This document shows positions 7,901-16,600 of a stretch of 64,000 bases of DNA, in pieces. Position numbers and translations under genes: made by a program. The DNA is from Schmidtea nova (taxonomy: Eukaryota). The DNA lies in NCBI GenBank assembly GCA_044892505.1, contig CM097884.1, positions 160,766,001-160,830,000 of the forward strand. The letters are read 5' to 3'. The first letter of the stretch is position 1, and every line of letters starts with the position of its first letter. The notes below the pieces were generated by a model. That model saw only the letters and a list, made by a program, of their open reading frames with translations, made no database searches and had not been told where the DNA came from.

Positions 7901-9578
7901 CACAAGCATAATGTTTGATAAATGCGCATATAAGTATTTTACAGAGAAGACCTGAACCTCGCACATCATGTGGACAAATACCGTTTGTCAATGCACGACC
8001 AGGGGTTTCTCGTAATTCATTAATTTTTTCAATGATGGTTTTACTCATTGAGAGATAATTAATACCGGATAAAAGAGTTGTTGGATTCAAAATATAATGT
8101 GCATCGGTATTGTAATCTATTATTAATAAGTTTTCCCTTGATTTTTGGGGGGTTATAACTGAAAAAATGACTTGTGCTTTAACAAGACATTCATAATTTA
8201 GAAATGTACTGATGTATTGGGTACAATCATCGAGGATCGCCGTTGACATTGTTGCGTTTAACAAGATAAAGGTCGGTGATAATTTTAGATTGTTAAAATA
8301 AGTTGTTAGAATTTGATCGTCAAGCTTCCCATTTATTGTGTCTAAGTTTAAACAGATTTCATTTACATGTTTTAGTTTCAATGATTTTAGTGATTTTGTA
8401 GTATCTTCAAGATTGGCAATGTTATTAAAAATTAACTTTTCTAATAAAGTAATGAAATATGATGCCATTATGATTGGTTCAACGGAAAATATTGGTGAGA
8501 AACTGATCTCGTGATCAATGATAAAGTTAATCTTTCTCTGAAGGAAAAATTGATTCAAATAATCGGTCATATTTTCTCCTATACCGATTAATCTTTCTTT
8601 TACAGTTTGAAAGCCTGTAGTAAAAATGTGACTTTTTCCGAGTTGAACAGAGAACAGAAATAAGCACCAAGAGTTGTTATTTGGAATAATACTTATTACA
8701 TGTTCAATGTATTGAAATTGTTTGAAAGTCACGTTTTCAATAATGAAAGCATTATTTTGCGCAACTATATTTGACGTTAATTCGGGAGAGAGAACCATTA
8801 TATTAGTGTAGGTTGAAAACCATTTATCAATCAATGTTGATATGCATGGGTTTTCGTTATATAGCATGATGTTATTTGCTTTGCTTTTATATCTAACTGC
8901 TTTCTTGAAGTTGATCAAGTTCATAAAGTTTGACTTTGGCGGACCACCTCCAATTGTTTTTGATGTAATAGTGGTACAGTTAGCATTATTATTGAAAACA
9001 TCTTCCCTTATACTATTTACAAAATTATCAGGAAAGTATTCCCAAACTTGACTAATTATCAATGCGTAAGCGCAGACAAAAGGCCCACAATCAAAGTCGT
9101 TATTTTGATATTCAAGTTTTATATGGGGATTATATGTTACCGCCGCTTTAAGTTTAAACAATTTGTTTAAAGCCATATTTATTTTAAGGGCGCTCGTTTT
9201 GTTGATAAATTTATTTTTATTTTCAAGAATTGGATCAATGTAGTACGAAAGTAAGGATGATTTACAGTACACGAACAAGATCCAATGTGCGTTTGATATA
9301 TTTAATGGGCAAAGTATTATTTGCGCGTTAAACACCGTTTCTGGAAAGGAAATTATATTTTCCTCAAGATTTGCAAGTAAAATGCTAACAATATAGCATT
9401 TAATGCAAGCATACATTTGGCTACTGATATGACGCTCAAGATAAAAGTCAATGTCATCATCAGTGAACCAGGCCTTTGGATCACGCACTGAACTTAAATT
9501 ATTTACAGTTTTATTACTTGTGCTGTCTGCATCAGTCTCTTTTGAGATTGGGGCAGATATTAAGACTGATGCAGGCAC
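4998..9578 (-). CDS. ORF2: Ulp1/C48-like protease + reverse transcriptase + CCHC finger + restriction-like endonuclease
   Basis: HW/D/Q/DCG protease motifs; SPGSDG, WRPIALL, WLDIKDAFGSV, GVKQGCPIS, YADD (6659-6648), YLGV; CRRC-x8-H-x4-C (5534-5481); RVD...VDMK. The called start is GTG, not ATG. Confidence 0.95.
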   Translation of the reverse strand: MPASVLISAPISKETDADSTSNKTVNNLSSVRDPKAWFTDDDIDFYLERHISSQMYACIKCYIVSILLANLEENIISFPETVFNAQIILCPLNISNAHWILFVYCKSSLLSYYIDPILENKNKFINKTSALKINMALNKLFKLKAAVTYNPHIKLEYQNNDFDCGPFVCAYALIISQVWEYFPDNFVNSIREDVFNNNANCTTITSKTIGGGPPKSNFMNLINFKKAVRYKSKANNIMLYNENPCISTLIDKWFSTYTNIMVLSPELTSNIVAQNNAFIIENVTFKQFQYIEHVISIIPNNNSWCLFLFSVQLGKSHIFTTGFQTVKERLIGIGENMTDYLNQFFLQRKINFIIDHEISFSPIFSVEPIIMASYFITLLEKLIFNNIANLEDTTKSLKSLKLKHVNEICLNLDTINGKLDDQILTTYFNNLKLSPTFILLNATMSTAILDDCTQYISTFLNYECLVKAQVIFSVITPQKSRENLLIIDYNTDAHYILNPTTLLSGINYLSMSKTIIEKINELRETPGRALTNGICPHDVRGSGLLCKILICAFIKHYACDISLENINLRDIGNVISSLVPVANKTNKINTKIIPKGNEKELVKLNLIQRKIKIKDLLIAIKFSTVNEIIDIIIKEFPDRKKSTFKLYLGKNKRDNSKLNKTQIISLFMTEMKRAVSKIIDNFKINVRPSIEDIIKYYSHALPISKCWNSVLQFCKKSQKPLKLDRILPVEVLFELKKADNTSPGSDGIQYRDLRLLDPDGDLLAFLFNRIITDKIVPNDWKSFRTLLIPKPDKNDKYDNVSSWRPIALLSVIYKVFASILARRLTTWVDLNNILHIGQKGGSEHDGCVEHNSILTAALEHSKYSKDCPISIAWLDIKDAFGSVPHEYMWSVLRYIGVCDEFTTILQLLYSDTSSMYSCGPVLTSNIAIRQGVKQGCPISMILFAIAINPVLEAVSRSTVEPFMIGTSPLQILAYADDIALISKNVSDLQRITDIAVDTAAQIGFVYRPDKCGYIQLPKVHIDSEISIENIKIKKLLSREFYQYLGVPVGEDIDQSPYDILNKVISDAKKLANSDLLGWQKLKAYKIFLHSRLIFPFRTREIKTSTLAIPYGNSNVTGNNTSKLRSHLRKMMNLPENSEISYFYNSTENGGASCVDLLDEYHVQTIVHFFRLFTSICNYAKKINTDSLKFVTSSRLGIQHPTLQDSFDWLNGIECKRIHHGKKTRFRRARTSVEFLNKIHAIRISFQTLNNEPVLHITTKERGTLIATPDFRNSISKILHDTLFDSYLSKWQSSNKSNLIASAITLSPKINKAIFRSDLSEFSWNFIHRARTNTLSFLAKPYRNVKERLCRRCHSEEETMAHVLQSCKVHQTLATKRHNDCLKLITDQLTDPNLIVVIDQTCSLVPYSKERVDLIITDVNRKRILMVDMKCPIDCLSSFEQVNKENLLKYESLRKAIQIAKPDYKVELLTCIIGSLGSIPPLTFDVLLKVGIPLKKIDPLLKQCAISNIKHSANRWHFHTTGYLRDL

Positions 9579-9584
9579 ACACCT

Positions 9585-12329
9585 TCATTTATTTTTTTGT
9601 GTTACGCGCTTCGGTCTTTTAATAGTTTTACGATGAATATTAATTATTTCCTCATTTGACGTAGCTGGACTTAAATCAATGTCAGTGGGAAGCAAGCGCT
9701 TAAGACTTTCTCTGTCTTTGTCTGATGTCAATAGAATGTTATCATCTATGTTAGGGGAAGGAGATATTTCTACAGATTCTTCATTAGAATCAACGACATT
9801 CTCAACAGTTTTCACACTATCAATTGTTGTACCGACATTTTCAGCAATAGTCTCAGAATTTACATGTGGTAAAACATATTCAAGTAGTCTCGAAATGTGT
9901 ACGCTCATACTAGGTGTACAAATTTTCCTACAATATTGAGGAACACGGAAACGTCTGTTGCCATTTAAGAAATATCTCTTATCTCTTATTACAAAAAACA
10001 CGAGTCTCTTTGCTCTTAAAATCTCATCATCGGTTAGTTCAGATTCAAAATCATTGATCTTACTAGATATTATATTAAGCGCCTTGATTTGATCCGACTT
10101 ATTTGGAAGAGACTTATCTACAAACTCTAAGAAAGCATTTAACTCAGAAATAGTTTTGGGAGAGATTATGTTATGGATCTTGTCAATCTCTTGAGACAAA
10201 TTAACCTGCTTTAGTTTCAGAAGTCTTTCCTGACAACTAGTTTTATAATAAGAACTACTGAGATTCTCGATCATTTCTGGGCCCCATATCTCAATCGTGT
10301 CAATGTCCAATGAGTACGAGTTTTCAATATCTGTTATGGAATGCATTAAAAAGCAATTCCTAAGATAGTTTTGAACGTATATATCAAAACTCGGCTTAAT
10401 AATTAATTTTAGGGAATCCCTTAATTTTAAATAATTTAGGTAAAAAATTATGTCAACCAGTTTTTGAGATGAAGTTGGTTGATCAAGAAGAGAACTAAAC
10501 ACATTGTCATCCTCTGACATCTGAACAAAGTTCAGTAGCCCTAAATTAAACATGATATCGGAGGCACCATCTTCGTGCACAGCGACTGAATTTTCACTAT
10601 AAATTTTAATAAATTTGCCCCCTGTAAATGAAATCTGTTCAGGGAATTTATTTTCAGATTTTAATTTTTCTATTAAATTATTTAATGCGTGAGGATTAGC
10701 ATATGTGTTTTCAATAAAACACAATTCCTCAATTTCTGGGTGTGATTTAAATAAATTTTGTAATTGCAACCTTGACAATTCAGATGCAGTTTGAGTTGAG
10801 AAAATTTCATCTGAATCGCAAGTGCTAAGAATATCGAGCATTACAAAATCTCCGTCTAGATATTTAATCTGTGATTTTATTAAAAAGTCAGGGAGCTCTT
10901 TTCGCTGTTTTAATTCGCGGAGAATATTATTAATTTGTATTTCCCTGGACTTTAAATTACTAATAGACACAGTGCCGGCCAGTTTCGACGAAAGGGAACA
11001 AAGAAAACGCTTAATAATTGAAGAAGCCGGGACAAATTTCGTATTTGTATTGTTGGCCTTCAAAATGTTTGATCCAATCAAAAACGTCTTTGTAGAGGAT
11101 TTTAAAATATTATTATTTAAAGGGACAACTTTATCAGGCACCAAATTCTGAAAAACACAGATATTATGATTTCTATAAAAGAAACCTTCAAACCCAGCGA
11201 TGCTTAGTGGATTTTCCTCTTTTATAATAATTAAAAGGTCATTGTTAATTAAATCAAATTTGTTGCTTGATTCTTTTAATTTCAAAAGTTTGTGAAATTT
11301 GGGAAATAATCTAAGAAAAGAATTTTTCTCCTTTTTTGTTAATATACGCGGTAAAATATTTTCAAAAATTTCTTTTTTTAATTTAAGATGAGAATTTTTA
11401 TTTTTATTATTATTTCTGAAATTAGAATTTGATTTCATTTTCAAACTTTCCAATTTGAAATTTCGTTTATTTTGAAAGTTCTTATCAGTATTAAAATTAT
11501 TTTTAGATTTAATTTCCTGATCATTTGATTTTAAATTAGAAATGTTATTTGCAGTTGAAATTTCGAAATTTTCAAAATTTCGATTGTTTAAATTATCCAA
11601 TTTAATCGCAGGTAAATTAATATTTTCAAAAACAGGTTTAATAATTTTCTTTTTATTTTCATTATTATTATTAATAGTTATATTATAATTTTCCAGCCAA
11701 TTTCCATCGATTGCATAGCTTTCAGGAGTAGATCCATCATCTAGTAGAAGGATCTTTTCAAAATTATTATTTTTATTAAAAAATAAATTTTTGTTATTTA
11801 AAGTACTTTTTACATTATTATTATTATCTTTATAATCACTTAAATTTTGACTATTCGGCTTTTCTAGTTGAATTGTTCGTTCGTTTTTAGTCTGTGTAGA
11901 ATTATTTCTGTAAATTGTCGACTTATTTAATAAAATTTTATGACATGAATAGCAAAGATTGCCTGCACTTTTGTCATTTTTATTTACATTCAAAGAGTTG
12001 TCATACAATTCGCTATTTTTATCTAAATTAGGAATTATTCTAAAATTTTCAATATTAGATTTACAATTAAAAGTAGATAAATTAGCATATAAATTACCAC
12101 GACCAAAACCGGACACACCATTGTCAGAATTACCATTGTGAAAATTACAATTATAATTTAAATTATCATTTAGATTTTTCGAACCAAAATTAGATATAGG
12201 TTTATTTACAAAATCTTGGTTCGAAACTTCCAAAAATTTAACAATATAATCTAACTTACAGTTATTAGAATAAATCATCCTTTCAAGCTCTGACAAATTC
12301 GCCCCAAATGGCACAAAATTATCCTGCAT
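9585..12329 (-). CDS. Retrotransposon ORF1 (914 aa)
   Basis: Intact ORF, same as other copies. Confidence 0.9.
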   Translation of the reverse strand: MQDNFVPFGANLSELERMIYSNNCKLDYIVKFLEVSNQDFVNKPISNFGSKNLNDNLNYNCNFHNGNSDNGVSGFGRGNLYANLSTFNCKSNIENFRIIPNLDKNSELYDNSLNVNKNDKSAGNLCYSCHKILLNKSTIYRNNSTQTKNERTIQLEKPNSQNLSDYKDNNNNVKSTLNNKNLFFNKNNNFEKILLLDDGSTPESYAIDGNWLENYNITINNNNENKKKIIKPVFENINLPAIKLDNLNNRNFENFEISTANNISNLKSNDQEIKSKNNFNTDKNFQNKRNFKLESLKMKSNSNFRNNNKNKNSHLKLKKEIFENILPRILTKKEKNSFLRLFPKFHKLLKLKESSNKFDLINNDLLIIIKEENPLSIAGFEGFFYRNHNICVFQNLVPDKVVPLNNNILKSSTKTFLIGSNILKANNTNTKFVPASSIIKRFLCSLSSKLAGTVSISNLKSREIQINNILRELKQRKELPDFLIKSQIKYLDGDFVMLDILSTCDSDEIFSTQTASELSRLQLQNLFKSHPEIEELCFIENTYANPHALNNLIEKLKSENKFPEQISFTGGKFIKIYSENSVAVHEDGASDIMFNLGLLNFVQMSEDDNVFSSLLDQPTSSQKLVDIIFYLNYLKLRDSLKLIIKPSFDIYVQNYLRNCFLMHSITDIENSYSLDIDTIEIWGPEMIENLSSSYYKTSCQERLLKLKQVNLSQEIDKIHNIISPKTISELNAFLEFVDKSLPNKSDQIKALNIISSKINDFESELTDDEILRAKRLVFFVIRDKRYFLNGNRRFRVPQYCRKICTPSMSVHISRLLEYVLPHVNSETIAENVGTTIDSVKTVENVVDSNEESVEISPSPNIDDNILLTSDKDRESLKRLLPTDIDLSPATSNEEIINIHRKTIKRPKRVTQKNK

Positions 12330-12690
12330 TAATATTTTAAAAAATTTATTAACCTTTTCAATATCTTTCTTATAAATTTATTATAATGAGTTATTTAAAC
12401 AAATTTATATTAAAGGTTTTCAAATTTCGAAATTTACTTTTCCTCGACAAAATCAAACAACGCATGGCAAATGTTTGCCATTTTCAATCAAATGACAATC
12501 TCTTTCACAAATCTCATAGAATTTTGATTTTGTAAAATTATTAATAATTTTTTTTCAAATAATGGTAACGACCTTGGAACGTTTATATTAATCCAATTTG
12601 TTGAATTTGATTTTGAGTAGAGCAAATTAGTTTCGACAAATTTACAACGTTTACAATCTTATCATGATGATAAGATTGTAAAAAAAAATA

Positions 12691-12762
12691 TTCCCTGACC
12701 GGGAGTCGAACCCGGGCCACCTGGGTGAGAGCCAGGAATCCTAACCGCTAGACCATCAGGGA
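12691..12762 (-). tRNA. tRNA-Glu(CTC)
   Basis: 72-nt consensus copy, T9 trailer variant. Confidence 0.96.
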
Positions 12763-13067
12763 TCGATATATGTTTCCAATCTCTAGTTAAAGGTTTTCGA
12801 ATTTCGAAATTTACTTTTCCTCGACAAAATCAAACAACGCATGGCAAATGTTTGCCATTTTCAATCAAATGACAATCTCTTTCACAATTCTCATAGAATT
12901 TTGATTTTGTAAAATTATTAATAATTTTTTTTCAAATAATGGTAACGACCTTGGAACGTTTATATTAATCCAATTTGTTGAATTTGATTTTGAGTAGAGC
13001 AAATTAGTTTCGACAAATTTACAACGTTTACAATCTTATCATGATGATAAGATTGTAAAAAAAAATA

Positions 13068-13120
13068 TTCCCTGACCGGGAGTCGAACCCGGGCCACCTG
13101 GGTGAGAGCCAGGAATCCTA
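13068..13120 (-). pseudogene. tRNA-Glu target remnant (nt 20-72) at the 3' junction of E2
   Basis: Same junction atccta|gtaaacg. Confidence 0.95.
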
Positions 13121-13651
13121 GTAAACGTTTATTATTTATAATAAATTTTCCAAATTTACAATGGGACAATGCTCTACATGGAGCATGCCTTTCATGAAAG
13201 ATACAGCAAATAAAGAGACAGAATTTCAATGATAGTTAAAATCAAATGTGAGAAAATAAGATCTCAATAAATGTTGCTTTTCATAAATGTTCCCTGGCGA
13301 TGATTTGAAATATTTCATCGGACTGTTTTTCCGGCTTTGCGACATCCTTCAGCCTATCTTTTTATGTCATGATCACAGTCTTTTTGTTTTCTGAGGAATC
13401 CGCAGCAATAAAACTTCTTCACGAGTCAAGGTGTCTAGAGACATTGAGTTTACAGACTCTAGAATTGGTTCTACTAAATAAATATACAAATATACATATA
13501 TACATATATAAATCCTCGGACTCGGGCGGAAAAAAATCTAAAATAAATTTTATCTACAAATTAAAAAAAAAGGTTTATACTATATACATTAAAATGGCAA
13601 TTCTCCGCACAACGAGTGTCTGCATTTTGATCGTGGCATTCATTACAAATC

Positions 13652-16600
13652 TCACAAGTCTCTAAGATAACCAGTCGTATGAAAATGCCACCTATTGGCT
13701 GAGTGTTTGATATTACTTATCGCACACTGTTTCAAAAGAGGATCGATTTTCTTCAAAGGTATTCCAACCTTTAAAAGAACATCGAAAGTCAAAGATGGAA
13801 TTGATCCTAGAGAACCAATGATACAAGTGAGTAGTTCTACCTTGTAATCAGGTTTCGCGATTTGAATTGCCTTTCTTAACGATTCGTATTTTAACAGGTT
13901 TTCTTTATTTACCTGCTCAAAACTCGAAAGACAATCAATCGGACATTTCATGTCTACCATGAGAATTCTTTTCCTATTTACGTCGGTGATGATGAGGTCA
14001 ACTCGCTCTTTAGAGTATGGAACCAACGAACAAGTTTGATCGATAACGACAATAAGATTCGGATCTGTCAGTTGATCTGTTATCAATTTCAAGCAATCAT
14101 TGTGTCTTTTTGTTGCAAGTGTTTGATGAACTTTACATGATTGCAAAACATGTGCCATTGTTTCCTCCTCAGAGTGGCAGCGACGACAAAGTCTTTCTTT
14201 TACATTTCGAAAAGGTTTAGCTAGAAATGACAATGTATTCGTGCGAGCACGATGGATGAAATTCCAAGAGAATTCTGACAGATCACTTCGAAAGATTGCT
14301 TTATTGATCTTAGGCGAAAGAGTGATTGCTGATGCGATCAAATTACTTTTATTACTACTTTGCCATTTGGAAAGATAAGAATCAAAAAGCGTATCATGCA
14401 AGATCTTAGAAATAGAATTCCGAAAATCGGGAGTTGCGATCAATGTACCTCGCTCTTTTGTTGTAATATGAAGCACAGGTTCATTATTTAGGGTTTGAAA
14501 CGATATCCTAATGGCATGAATTTTATTCAGGAATTCTACAGATGTTCGCGCTCTCCGAAAACGTGTTTTCTTTCCATGATGGATGCGCTTGCATTCAATG
14601 CCATTTAACCAATCAAAGCTATCCTGAAGAGTTGGATGCTGAATTCCAAGTCGAGAACTAGTGACAAATTTCAAAGAGTCTGTATTGATCTTTTTTGCAT
14701 AATTGCAAATGGAAGTAAAAAGTCGAAAAAAGTGCACTATGGTTTGGACATGATATTCGTCAAGCAGGTCAACACAAGAAGCTCCACCATTTTCCGTGGA
14801 GTTATAAAAATATGAAATCTCTGAATTTTCAGGAAGATTCATCATTTTTCTCAAATGACTTCTCAATTTACTTGTGTTGTTACCAGTGACATTGCTATTT
14901 CCATAAGGGATTGCCAAAGTACTTGTTTTTATTTCCCTCGTTCTAAAAGGAAAGATGAGGCGTGAATGTAGAAAAATCTTGTAAGCTTTGAGTTTTTGCC
15001 AGCCTAACAAGTCAGAGTTTGCAAGTTTTTTGGCGTCAGATATTACCTTATTTAGGATATCATAAGGGCTTTGATCAATATCTTCTCCAACTGGGACACC
15101 AAGATACTGATAGAACTCGCGAGATAGCAATTTCTTGATTTTGATATTTTCAATAGAAATTTCACTATCTATGTGGACCTTAGGAAGTTGAATGTATCCA
15201 CATTTTTCTGGTCGATATACAAAACCTATTTGTGCAGCAGTGTCAACAGCTATATCAGTGATTCGTTGCAAGTCACTGACATTTTTTGATATTAAAGCAA
15301 TGTCGTCTGCGTATGCAAGAATTTGTAACGGAGATGTGCCAATCATGAATGGTTCTACTGTCGATCGGCTGACAGCTTCAAGTACCGGATTAATCGCAAT
15401 GGCGAATAAAATCATTGAAATTGGGCATCCTTGTTTCACCCCTTGTCTAATAGCTATGTTTGAAGTGAGAACTGGTCCGCAACTGTACATAGAAGATGTG
15501 TCGGAATAAAGTAGTTGCAATATCGTAGTGAACTCATCACATACGCCAATATATCGAAGGACAGACCACATGTATTCATGAGGGACACTACCAAATGCGT
15601 CTTTAATGTCAAGCCATGCAATCGATATTGGACAATCTTTACTATATTTAGAGTGTTCCAAAGCAGCTGTCAGTATGGAATTGTGTTCAACACAGCCATC
15701 GTGTTCTGAACCTCCCTTTTGTCCAATGTGTAGAATGTTGTTCAAATCTACCCAAGTAGTAAGACGTCTAGCCAATATCGAAGCAAAAACCTTATAAATC
15801 ACTGACAATAAGGCAATCGGCCTCCAAGATGACACATTATCGTATTTGTCATTCTTGTCAGGTTTCGGAATCAAAAGAGTCCTGAAAGATTTCCAATCAT
15901 TTGGAACGATTTTATCGGTTATTATTCGGTTAAAAAGAAATGCAAGGAGATCCCCATCGGGATCCAAAAGACGCAAATCTCTATATTGAATACCATCAGA
16001 ACCAGGAGATGTGTTGTCAGCTTTTTTAAGCTCAAACAATACCTCGACTGGCAATATTCGATCGAGTTTCAAAGGCTTTTGTGATTTTTTACAGAATTGA
16101 AGGACAGAATTCCAGCATTTGGATATAGGTAATGCGTGACTATAATATTTAATAATGTCTTCAATTGAAGGCCTTACATTTATTTTAAAATTATCAATGA
16201 TTTTACTGACGGCTCTTTTCATTTCCGTCATAAATAGAGAAATAATTTGAGTTTTATTTAATTTTGAGTTATCTCTCTTATTTTTCCCTAAATAAAGTTT
16301 AAAAGTTGATTTCTTACGATCAGGAAATTCTTTGATAATTATGTCAATGATCTCATTGACAGTTGAAAATTTAATTGCTATTAAAAGGTCTTTGATTTTA
16401 ATTTTGCGTTGAATTAAATTTAATTTAACTAGTTCCTTTTCATTCCCTTTTGGTATTATTTTAGTGTTAATTTTATTTGTTTTATTGGCAACTGGAACTA
16501 AGGAACTAATAACATTTCCAATATCGCGCAGGTTGATGTTTTCAAGGGATATGTCACAAGCATAATGTTTGATAAATGCGCATATAAGTATTTTACAGAG

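Larger units (their letters stand above)
4467..12409 (-). mobile_element. Full-length tRNA-Glu-inserted non-LTR retrotransposon E1 (7943 bp)
   Basis: 80-bp 5'UTR, ORF1, ORF2 (protease-RT-CCHC-RLE), 531-bp 3'UTR; no LTR, TSD or poly(A). Confidence 0.95.

Noticed and set aside
274-8900. Short plus-strand ORFs (60-109 aa) repeated inside ORF1/ORF2
   Set aside because: Antisense shadows of the long ORFs; they recur only because the element is repeated
4467-12409. LTR retrotransposon (suggested by the gag-pro-pol-like layout and flanking direct repeats)
   Set aside because: The flanking repeats are host array units; no integrase, aspartic protease or RNase H motif; RT and RLE are non-LTR type
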